Source of the DNA: Podarcis vaucheri
Lineage: Eukaryota
Assembly: GCA_965113315.1 (NCBI GenBank)
Contig: OZ220365.1
Direction: 5' to 3' (one strand)
Length of the DNA stretch: 64,000 nt
Of the stretch, positions 38,960 through 49,640 are shown piece by piece. The notes under the pieces were generated by a model that did no database searches, was not told the origin of the DNA, and worked only from the letters and a program-made list of their open reading frames with translations. The position numbers were made by a program, and so were the translations under genes. The stretch's first letter is position 1; each line of letters starts with the position of its first letter.

Positions 38960-39061
38960 CAGGAGTGCTCTGATGGTGTTTCCTGCTTGGCAGGGGGTTG
39001 GACTCGATGGCCCTTGTGGTCTCTTCCAACTCTATGATTCTATGATTCTATGATTCTATGA
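38960..39061 (+). mobile_element. CR1 LINE 3' end with (ATTCTATG)n tail
   Basis: GGCAGGGGGTTGGACTCGATGGCCCTTGTGGTCTCTTCCAACTCTATGATTCTATGATTCTATGATTCTATGA. Confidence 0.9.
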
Positions 39062-39963
39062 ATTGCACCCCTGAGCCAGTCATGCCCCCTTTCAAGATAT
39101 CCTTTTCACCTTCCCCCTGGCTTTCCATCTCTCCCAACAGTGAGGTCACATCTACATTTAAAGCACCTACATTTACAGCACTATTATACCACTCATAACA
39201 GTCATGGAAAATCTTGGGAACTGTAGGATGCAGTCCATTCCCACTGAGCATTCTCAGTCCTCATTGAGCAGCCTTTGAATTTTGCCCCCACCCCTTCAGA
39301 TTTTTTATTGTGAATACCTTCCCCTAAGCCCACTGATACTTTTCTCGTGTGTGTGTGTGTGTGTGTGTGTATAGTGTAGTTTTCAGATAATGAGTTTGCA
39401 TTTCATTTAAAAAAGTAAACTCTAAGTCCTCTGTCAATCTAGCGGGATTTACATCATCATTAATCTAATGCTTGTTTAATGCAATGTTGTAGACAGGGAA
39501 ATGTCTCTTTACATTTAATTATAAAAATAATTTGAACAACGTAACCAGATGCTCATGATTATACTGTGGTCAAAATAAAACCCAGCAATGAACTCAGCAG
39601 CATGATAAGCATAAGGTTTGTGTATTGTTTTCCATTCTACATTGTAAAGAAAACATATTTCTATTGCATTTTTTAAAAAAATCAACATCATCATAAAAAA
39701 TCAACATCATCGTACTTACAGAACAGCAATTTTAAAATGCCTTCTGACTCTTTATTTCAATAAAAGTTTTCCAGTCAATTAGTTGACAGTGTAAGAAGAT
39801 ATATCCTAGACTGCTGCTGCTTAACAATGTATAATTGCTAATGATTTTTCTTATCTTTTTCATACCGTGTTTCTTAATTTAAACCTATTATGTTGCATTG
39901 TCAAGTTACTTCCACATTTTAATCTATTTCTTGTTTGGAGAATAAAGGATTGCTATGACCAAC

Positions 39964-40720
39964 TGTCAGAGCTGCTTCCAGATCCGAGCTCACAGAGGAT
40001 CACGCTAGCCAGCATTCACTGTATAAAAGTCTTTATTGATTTACAGTTTCCATTTTCAAGCTGTAGCGCGCAACTCTACGTCTTATAAGCTAGACCGGCG
40101 AAGCTCTGTCTGAGTCTCCGCCTCCTGTACACCAACTTAATACCCTAGCCTTACTCCACCTTTTCCTCCTGACCGTTCTTCTCTGGGTCCCTCTGCCCCC
40201 CGTGGTCTCTTCCTTCCGGGACTCTTCTGACGCTGACCCCCCGGACCCTTCTGTCTCCTTGCGGCGGGCTTTAGGACCTGGCTCCCTTTCCGGGCTGCTT
40301 ACTGTGCCGCCTTTCTTTGCATTTGAACTTGGCGCGCGCGCCCAACCTCCCACTTTCCGTTTGACCGTTTCTTCTCTCTCCGATGGAGGTGTGGCCACTC
40401 CTGACTTATGTCCTCCCCCCTGCGGCGAGCCGCCTGATCCCGATGCCTGGCGCCCTTCCTCCCCACTGCGCTCTGTTGGGGATGTTGGCCCCGATTTCCA
40501 ACTGCTGCTCTCTGAACCCCCTTTTGTCCCTTCTTCCTGGGGTGTCCCCCTAAGCTCCCCCCTTGCTCTGGTCACTGGCGCTCCTTTCTGTGAATCTTCC
40601 GATTCACTGGAAAGACTCGGAGATCTCGGGTCGTTGTCATCGCTCATCTTTCCTTCGGACTCCTCCCCTTCACTCTCTGTTTCCTCCCTTGCCCTCGCCT
40701 CTGCTCCTGAACCCCTGACA
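39964..40720 (-). mobile_element. Solo LTR (probably Gypsy/Ty3), 757 bp, containing a 209-codon open frame
   Basis: Perfect terminal inverted TGTCAG...CTGACA; perfect 5-bp TSD CCAAC (39959-39963, 40721-40725); minus-strand TATAAG (40087-40082) and AATAAA (40037-40032); CpG-rich. Confidence 0.9.
40090..40719 (-). CDS. LTR-borne open frame: S/E/G-rich disordered region plus Arg-rich C-terminal motif (first ATG at 40647, 185 aa)
   Basis: ORF track 40090-40647, extending upstream without a stop to LTR base 2 (VRGSGAEARAREETESEGEESEGK-MSDD..). Confidence 0.45.
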   Translation of the reverse strand, partial: VRGSGAEARAREETESEGEESEGKMSDDNDPRSPSLSSESEDSQKGAPVTRARGELRGTPQEEGTKGGSESSSWKSGPTSPTERSGEEGRQASGSGGSPQGGGHKSGVATPPSEREETVKRKVGGWARAPSSNAKKGGTVSSPEREPGPKARRKETEGSGGSASEESRKEETTGGRGTQRRTVRRKRWSKARVLSWCTGGGDSDRASPV

Positions 40721-43229
40721 CCAACTATTGATAAAGGAAGGCCTTTTCAAAAATAAAATAAAACAACAAAGTAGATTGCCCAATATGTCCTTGAGTTAAG
40801 GAATTCTGGCTTCAGGGGTCCACTGAGATTCTGCATTACTGATATTAATACATTTGCTTGCATCTGTATCTATCTCCAAAAATGCATTTTGCACCTGTTC
40901 TGCCTATGCAAGGGAAGCACCCCATTTTCATTAACCCCTCCTACCAGCATTCTATGTCATATCCCACGATATTCCAAAGGATACGCCAACCCTCAAGATT
41001 TGGGGGGCATGGAGACAAAACTGGGATTGAGGAATTGGCAAAAAATGGACTGCCCTTCCTTAGCCAAGCAGGCCTTAGCTGAGTGGTACTATCTTAGCCT
41101 CCTCAACCCTTTTCTGCTGCATCTGCAGAACAGCAGCCTTTTTCAGGAGTCAGGATGGTTTGGCCAAATAGCCCCACCCATGAAGAGTAAAAGCTTTGAG
41201 ACACTTGTGGCTGGTTTTTTGGGGGGAGGGGGTCATATTTGTTTGGAGGCTGTCATTGACAGTGGAGACAGATAGCAGGTGGCGTGCCAGACCCAGAAGG
41301 GGAAACGCCAAAGTAGCACTACTCCTTTGGGTCTCTCCTTTAGGGTTCAATGAGGCCAAGACCACTCCCCCATGGGCAACTGATTGTGGATGAGCTTGTT
41401 CCTAGGTCAGAGATTGGTGGAGAAGAGATGTAAATTAATCTGACTTCCAAGTAAGTGGTAGAATGCTGGGGAGCTGTGTCTCTGATAAGGGTATGAATGC
41501 AGCTTGTGAATGGGATGTTACAAGGTGTATGTCTGAACCCACATATGTGTGTGCCATGTGTATAGACCTTACTGAGACGAACGGAAGCTTTTGCATGGAT
41601 CCAGGACGTACACTCTTTGAAAATGCATGTGTAAGGTGAACCCCTATGTCTAATAAAGAATCTGTCCACGCTGGAAGGTTAAAAAAAAAGGCTTATTACT
41701 CAGAAATGGAAGACATGAAATGGTTATTACTTCAGACAGAAAGTTTATAGTTTTGTGGGCAACAGGTAATCATTTAGTAGATACAGACAACTTAATTCTA
41801 GTCTCAATGCTGGAACTAGTCTCCATATTGTCCAAAATGCATATATTCTGGTCACTGTTGTCAGTTTATTAGATAATGCATCAACATACAGAGAGCTGCA
41901 GTTTATACCATGTTTTCTACCATCTCTTGTTCAGCTACTGCAGTTTTTTCCTATAAATAACCAGAGACTGTATCACTGAAGTCAGGGGAGCCTTATGATT
42001 GACAGTGCTGGGAACACTGTCACTTCACAATGCAATTAACTAGGGTACAACCACATTGATTTCAGTAGCTCATGAGGTATGCCAAGCATACAGATAATCA
42101 GAGGTTTGAATGAATGGAAGTGCCATTTACATAGTATTGCATTGTAATAGGGCTTCATAGGAGACTGAAAATGGTTAAAGAACTAGGAGTTTCAAGTATT
42201 GAGTTTCCTGAAGGTTTCCTTGTATTTTTATGGCTCAAAAAAAAGGCTGATTTTGAAGGCCTATTTCTGAACTATTGCTCATGACTGTGAAGAACAAAAG
42301 CTGGGATTTTAAAGAGGTATCTAATTTCTGAGAAACATAAGCCCTCTGGGGCCCTTTGAAAATTCCCACCTAGTACATAATTAACTTTGTTCTCTGGTTC
42401 AGACTTAAGAGTCTGTATCGACTCAACAGGAACAGTAGGGCAATCTGTCAAAAGGTATATTCAGTGAAATATCCTTTGTCGGGTCTTCTTTTGCAGTACA
42501 AAATGTGTTGAACGATCATTGCTGAACCAATTAATGTTCACAGATTAGTATATATATTAGGGGTGTGCATCGAGCACAAGATTCAGTTTGAACGCCAAGT
42601 TGGTGCCTTGAAAAACAACCTGCTTCAGCTTGGAATAACTTGGAGGCTGCCTGATTCAATATGGAGTTCCAGTCCCCTCTGTTCCTCCCATCCCATTTCA
42701 CGATTGGATAATTTAAAAATTACTACAACCTTTCTCCCCCGAACCCATTTGATAGAAGTTGTTGGAATTTGTAGGCATACCCTATCCCCCGCCCCCGTTG
42801 AGTGGGTGGAGCCTTCAAAATTAGAGACAAATGGGTCATAGGACTTTTGTACTAGACACAGCTAAAATGCATTTTCCATCCAACTTTTTAAATTATTTTT
42901 GACCACAACTGAATGACATTTATAGGCAAAGTACTTTTTTATGGGAAAGAACGCCACCAAATTTCAGAAGGATGGCTGCAGTGGTTTTCTTGCAAGTGTA
43001 GCTATTATAGTTTTGGGGCAAGTGAACAAGGAATTGCGTCATCTCCACAGTGTTTTGTGGGTAATTGGTCTGGAAATTGCAGGCATGAGAGTGAGAAAAC
43101 TGCCAAACTGCATACAAATGGGTCCAATAGCTTTCTTTGGAAGCGGGGATTGGGCCTCCTGTCCATAATCCCCATTTTTTAGCTCTGCACTCTCCAAGGA
43201 TCAAAACTCCACACAATCCCTTTTATAGT

Positions 43230-43432
43230 GAGAGTTGTATGGCATCAGTTTCAACCTGTTACCACCGAGGGTGTGGACAGGCTGCTTGGGCCATCTGTCT
43301 CCTTGATCCTTACCCGTTCTAAGCTCATAAAATCAAGCCATGCAGGGCTGGGCAATGGGCTTCGCGGGGTGGCGCATGCTTCCCCCTATAAGGGAATCTT
43401 CCTGGACTCCATTGAAGAAACTGTTATCAGGT
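43230..43432 (+). mobile_element. L2-clade LINE ORF2 fragment (upstream of RT)
   Basis: WHQFQPVTTEGVDRLLG..CLLDP.P..LIK..G.F..S.EETVIR with frameshifts. Confidence 0.65.
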
Positions 43433-43839
43433 GTGTTCTTCACACATGTGCCTCAGGAACGTATATATAACACATTTAATCCCAAACAAACAACACCTTA
43501 TAGATTCCTTTGCTCTTCCACATTTGACAAACAATATGGATTTATTTTAAATGTGCCATAAGTAGTTTCAATTCACTTCAATAAATCTGAAGCAACCAGT
43601 AATGACTTATACAGTTACCATTAGGGAGAGAAGAAATGAGGATTTCAAATGACAGGAAAAGTGCCTATTCCCTCAAATAGTAGTAATCTGAATAGCAGAC
43701 ATTATTCCAACAAAAAAGGAAAAATATTGTGAAACTGAATACAAAGAGAACATGTGAACGATATAAGGTTGGTTGGAGAAGGCAATGGTGTATCTTCTGA
43801 AATACTGAAGTAATTTAAGTCACACAAGTTAAGTGGTTT

Positions 43840-44190
43840 ATTATTTATGCAGATAATTTATATACCTCCTTTGGTACAAGCAATAGGGTGGTTTACAACT
43901 AAATCAAATAAGTTAAAAAGAATATATAACATCTATAAAGTCACACAATCCTTAAAAGTAACAACAGCACAACTCATAATTCACCAAATAACTATTTACT
44001 AATAGTTGCAGCAACAGCTAATCCTTTTGCCTAACAAAATATCTCCTCCTCCAAATGCCCACTGAAATGGTATGTCTTAGGCAACTGGCTAAAACTATAA
44101 AAAGATAGGGCCAGATGCACCTCAGGAAAGAAGGAGTTCCACATGTGAGGCGCCACCACTGAAAGCCCTCCCTCAGCCTCCCACACCACA
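43840..44190 (-). mobile_element. L2-clade LINE 3' end
   Basis: Minus peptide LSVVAPHMWNSFFPEVHLALSFYSF..KTYHF, then T-rich UTR ending GGTATATAAAT..AAATAATAAA. Confidence 0.7.
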
Positions 44191-44964
44191 TACTTCACTC
44201 TGATTTGCTGGTTTCGAAACATAGATAGGCCTATATGGAAGATGTTCTTACAAATATTCGTGTACAGACACTTAGCTGGGATTAAGATTCTGTCCTCAAT
44301 ACACATCACTCTCATAATGTGTGGCATGACTGCTCCATACAGATGGTGATATGCATGAAGAGCTGAAGACTGGCATATCACCCCCTTTTTTTCCTGGAAA
44401 GGTATGAATCACACAAACCAAGCATCAGAATGTACGTAGGAATTTGTGGAGCATCCACAACACACATTATTTCAGAGCATGAAATAATGGGATCTTTGGC
44501 CTAGGTAAGGACCTAAACTGGACCAACGACTCCATGACATCCATTGTTTGGACATTTGGAACAGCAGAACATTTTTGGAAGACTAAAGAACAAACAGGCA
44601 ATCTCTCATCTCCCTACTTTTCTAGTGTGGAGTGGCAACACAACTACTTCCATGTTCATTCTCAAATGATTGATCATTTATCTTGTTGAAAAAATCTTGC
44701 GCTGACAAGAGAACCGATACTGCCAGATTGATCCCTATCATTTCCCATAGCTGTGAGCTACAAACAGCACTCTGTGACATAACATCACCTTTGGCACCAT
44801 GTGCATGGTAAATTGGATGGAACAGACTAGCTCCATCTTGCTTGACCCTGAAGACAAGCAGAAATACTCTTGCCGCATGGGAAGGTTTTAAGAGCTGTCC
44901 CCTTGCTCTGTATCCTTAAGGTGGGACTCTTTCCTATGTGCTCACTCTCCACCCTCCAAGGCAA

Positions 44965-45105
44965 GTATGGGTGGGCAACATGTGACCATCCATATGTTGT
45001 TGGACTACAGCTCCTATAATCCCTGACCTATTGACCATTCTGGCTGGGGCTCATGTGACCTGGAACCCAATAACATCTAGAGGGTCATAGGTTGCTCATT
45101 CATGC
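44965..45105. mobile_element. hAT-type MITE (family of 6367-6505)
   Basis: ATGTTGTTGGACTACAGCTCC..GGCTGGGGCT..AACATCTAGAGGG. Confidence 0.6.
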
Positions 45106-46204
45106 TCCAAGGAATGCTGCCTTGACATAAGAAGAGGACAAGGTCCAGACATTGGTGCAGGGATCTACTTGCTTCAAGGCTTGGAGTTCATGTTCTATGT
45201 ATTGGATTGATCTCTTATGCTGCAATCCTATATAGGTTGGTCTAGAAATAACCCCCACGGAATTCAGTACGTTCCCTAGGAAGTGTGTTTAGGACTGCAG
45301 CCTTATAGCTTCAAACACGTTTACACATATACAGACATGCACCATCCTGCGTAGACTGCTATGGTAGAGGAAAACTGATAAATATGAAACCTGGCATACA
45401 TCAGCATGCATTTCCTCTGTGTGATCAAGGACATTCGATGGAAATAAAAAATGCAATGTACAGCAAGAAATGCAACGTACAGTGCCTTCAAGACAGCAGC
45501 TGGGATGAATGCAGTCCTATATTCTAGTTATTTGCTGTGAAAGGCAGTCAATTATATTACTAAATGCTGATCTCAGAGATTATTCAATCTCCAGGTGAAA
45601 CTCATTTATATTTAAGCATCACTTAACTCAATCCTTGCTTATACAAGCTTACCTGTTCATGACAGCCTGAAGCTGTTTACAGCCCCACAAATCAAGAAAG
45701 AAGAGAGACACAGAGAGAGTGCACACTATCCCAATGTTAGCATTCACACCGTATATTCATTGACTTGCAAATTGTGACAGGACCCCTTCAGATGTATTTA
45801 AGTCACCATGCAAATTCAGAGGGCAATGAGAAGAAAAACACCATGGAGAATGCTGCCACTGTTCTGTCATGCTTTACATTTTACTGTTCTTCTGTCACAA
45901 ACAAAATACCAGTTACCATAGTTACCACTTAACAGAGTGGTTGTGCATTAAGTTGAAGACACCTAGAGGGCATAGTACACACAAAAACTCATTTTTTTAT
46001 TTTCTACGACGTATTTAAAGATGTAGAGAGAACGCTAATCCAAAGACAGCTATCCTGTCTATATACAAAATAGGCTTGCAAACCAATGGAAAGGAAGCAT
46101 AAAACAGTGTGACATACATTGCTCCCCCTTCAATAATGTAGGAGTGCTTCAGTCAGTTTGGAATCACTCCTTAAGTGCTTCCTGACAATATGGCTGAGGG
46201 CATA

Positions 46205-46430
46205 ATGGCTTAGATGGTTTAAAGGGGGATTTGACAAGCATAGGGAGGATAAGTCTACCAAGGGGCATGTCATGACGGTTTAGAGACAGCACATCTCTGA
46301 ATTACCAGTTGCTGGGGACAGCAAGTAAGAGAGCACTGTTGCCCTCACATCTTGCTTGCACACTTCCCAGAGACCTCTGTAGGAAACAAGTTCTGAACTA
46401 GACTGGCCTTTGGTCTGATCCATGTTCTTA
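46205..46430 (+). mobile_element. CR1 LINE 3' region, degenerate
   Basis: TTAGATGGTTTAAAGGGGGATTTGACAA..GGAGGATAAGTCTA..ACCAGTTGCTGGGG..CTAGACTGGCCTTTGGTCTGATCCA. Confidence 0.65.
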
Positions 46431-47062
46431 ACCAACAGCTACTATTACCGCTTACTAGAATTTTGCATTCTTGCGGTTGCTTGAAAAAGTTGTGTTAATT
46501 ACAAACAGGAACCAATGGCTGCAGAGGAACAGAGTGAAATGTCTTTCTTACTGTTTGCTTGCTTCAGCCATTCTCTGTGAAATAATGAATAAAAGCACTG
46601 AACTGTCAAGTTAGAAAGTACAGATCCAGTCTACTAAGTTGCTTCAATGCTAGGGTTTTTTGGAGAGAGAGGTTCAGAAGAAAGATCTCTTACTCTCCAA
46701 TGGTAAAGTAATATGAGCCCCACAATGTGGGACGGAACCCAGCACACCTGCTAGCCCTATTCTGCAACATACTGTGGTCATGGCTGGTAGTCATGATGGT
46801 AGTTTGGGGCATGTTCTTGGTAATGGTAGGAGTCCCTTGTGAAGTGAAAATACACCCTGTAACGCTTCCCATAATGCACGCCAAAATCTTTTGTAACATG
46901 CAGTGTGTAAGGGTTTGCCTGAATTGTGGATGGAGATAACATAAAATCCAACATAAGCACTCTGTTGACATTACCACAGCTCTGAGCACGCTCTGGAACT
47001 GCAAGTCATACTGATTTCAATAGAAGGTACTTCCAACAAATGAGCTGCCTTACTCTAGTTTT

Positions 47063-47094
47063 TAAAATAAAATAAAATAAAATAAAATAAAATA
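47063..47094. repeat. (TAAAA)n microsatellite
   Basis: Direct inspection. Confidence 0.9.
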
Positions 47095-49229
47095 ATGCAA
47101 ATGTTAAATTGCATAGAGGGTTGTTCGTTTGTTTTTCCAGCTGTAAGCAGCAGTACAATAAAAATGGAATTTTGTGCTTATACATACAGGCTCACTTGCT
47201 CATTACTAAGACATTTTAAAAAGAAAAAGTCCTTAGGCCAAAATGAATTGGATTCGATTTTATGCTGGAGAGCCCAGGAACAATATAGTTTAGGGCTTAG
47301 GTTGCAAGGAACACTGTAACAAACAAGAGGTGACAATTTCACAGAGTGCCCTTATACCTGATCACTAATAAGTAAGTTTCCTTGTATTCACTGTGGCTTA
47401 CTCCCAAGTAAATATGCATAAGATTGCAGCCAAAGTTAGGATATATATTTTTTTAAAAAAAGATAGAATATTGAAGTTGTTGTTGGCATCCAATAACAGC
47501 ACTTTTATATAATTTGAGTGTTGTACATGAGCATATAGAAGTGCTGTAATGTGGACATTAATTTGCAGTGCACTTATGTGACCCAGCAAGGAGACCCATG
47601 CAAGAAAAAGTTCCATCCATGTGTGTGGTTAAGGAACAACGTAATATACATCCATATGTGCATTGGGAGGCTGAAGAAAAGCATCTGGCTAGATGACAAT
47701 TTCCATGCAATCCACCATCCAGGATACCAACAGCTGTACAAATTGTCCACATCTGAATGGGCTCCTTGAAAGTAAGTGTGTATGCATGTTGTGTGTGTGT
47801 GTCTGTCTGTCTGTCTGTCTGTCTGTGGCCATGGGGATGCATGTAGGGTGACCATGGGTTCTTGGCAAAAAGAGGGGATGTGGCCCTCAAGTCGAAAAAG
47901 GTACACCCCCATGTTAAGACTCAGATCACATTTACAGGAGTTAAATCTCACCAGAGAGACCTGTTTCAGTGTATCCTCACCCTTAGGAGGGGTGCTCTTG
48001 TTTAAGGCTCCAACCTGGAACAGAAGGCTTGTAGTACTGAGTGGAGCTTGCAGAGAGTGGGAGGAAGTTTCAGGAAGGCCAAAGGGAAGAGGAATATCTC
48101 CCCACCCTCTTTCCTTCTCCCCAAGGTTTTCCTCTGAATTGCTATAGAAAGAAAGAGGGTTTGGTGACTCTCGAGAACAGTGACACCGGTAGTTGTAGGG
48201 GAGGGAGAGAGGATAGGAAGTGGAAGTTCTGCTGTGTGGGTTGAAGTTTCTTCACATGGGATAAGATTTCTTCCATGAACTTCTACATTACCTAGGGCAT
48301 CCCTCAATATGAGTATGTTGAAAATCACTACTTTATTTTTGTGTGGCCCTGTTTCTCTTCCAGACCATCAGGTACTCAAATCACCCAAGTTTGCATTAGA
48401 GGGAGAGATCTGGAGAGATCCACCTCTGGTTTTGTTGCAGGAAACATAAGGACAATTACTGGAATTAAGATCTGACAAAAACCGTACTGACTAGTTTATT
48501 AATCAAAGATATCCATTTCACATTATGCAGTCAAGAAGGCTACTGTGGCATCCGGATATAATCTGTCAGTGTCAGACTTAACAGCAAACTAAATGAGTTC
48601 TCCTTCTTGTTGATTTTTTCTCCAGCTGTACCAGCTCCAAAATGACCAACAAAGAAAGATCCTCATTAGCTGCTAATTTAAAATGACTTCAGAGAGCATT
48701 TTCTTATGCCTTCTATCTCCAGCAACCCATTTCTGCAGGGGATTAGTAAAAGTAACTGAGCAATCATCCTGACTCCAATCACTATAGTCCTCTTAAAGAA
48801 CCAGAACGGCTAAAACCCTTCCTAAATTATTATGTCGTCCCATATAGCAAAGTAATGGAATAACAAGCTGTAAACAGACACTCTTTTAAGGATGTAGTTT
48901 GAAATCAACCCTTCTTGCCATCTATGTTTTTGAGCTATTTCCATTTGATGAAAATATAAATGCAGGGATGATTTCAAGGACCACCAGCGAATGGCCAGTC
49001 CTGCTACATTAATGCTGCTTCAAAGGCAGCATGAATCTCCATTAGAGCTGAAAGCAAACTTGGTAGTGGTTCACTGAGATATTTCTAATTCTCCCCCTTT
49101 TAATTAATTAATGTTACCACACATACTACTGGTTTGTTAAATATCTTGATCTGCTAAAATATTTGCTTGAAACTTGAATAAAATTTCAGTAAAAAACAAA
49201 CGCACAAATTTAGTTCTTTCCCCAGATAC

Positions 49230-49640
49230 ACAGGGGAGTTGACAATGAATACTAAACAAATGTTTATTATTCATGGGCAGAGTGTGATGTCAATTGATTG
49301 ATGATATTAATTGACCGCTAATAATAATTAATAGCTGACATGCAGTAGTTTGTTGTTGCTTTCAGGTGTGATTAACATTTGACAATACATGGTTTCAGGG
49401 CAGACAGCTAACCTGCAGCAGCAAGCAGCAGTTGACAGTGTCTCACACTTAGCTGCCAGCATTTGTTAGCATCTATCATGCAGCTGTCAATGTTAAACAG
49501 AATGTGAGAGGTGACATGCAGCAGCATCCAACATTTGACAATATCCATCATCTCATATATCTGTCACTATTTCAGTTTAATTGACAGCTGATGTAGAGGA
49601 GCAATCAATACTTACAACGCTTGACATATAGCAGTTAACG
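49230..49640. promoter_or_regulatory. Candidate developmental enhancer: homotypic TGACA(G) (MEIS/PREP/TGIF) cluster with a PBX-type TGATTGAT
   Basis: 11 TGACA/TGTCA sites in 387 bp, TGATTGAT at 49295-49302, several TAAT cores; repeat-free. Confidence 0.55.

Noticed and set aside
40202-40756. 184-aa plus-strand Pro/Ser-rich ORF
   Set aside because: Antisense shadow of the purine-rich LTR frame; runs out of the element and opposes the TATA/AATAAA orientation
47569-47771. AG..GTAAGT-bounded exon-like segment
   Set aside because: Stops in all three frames and a weak polypyrimidine tract
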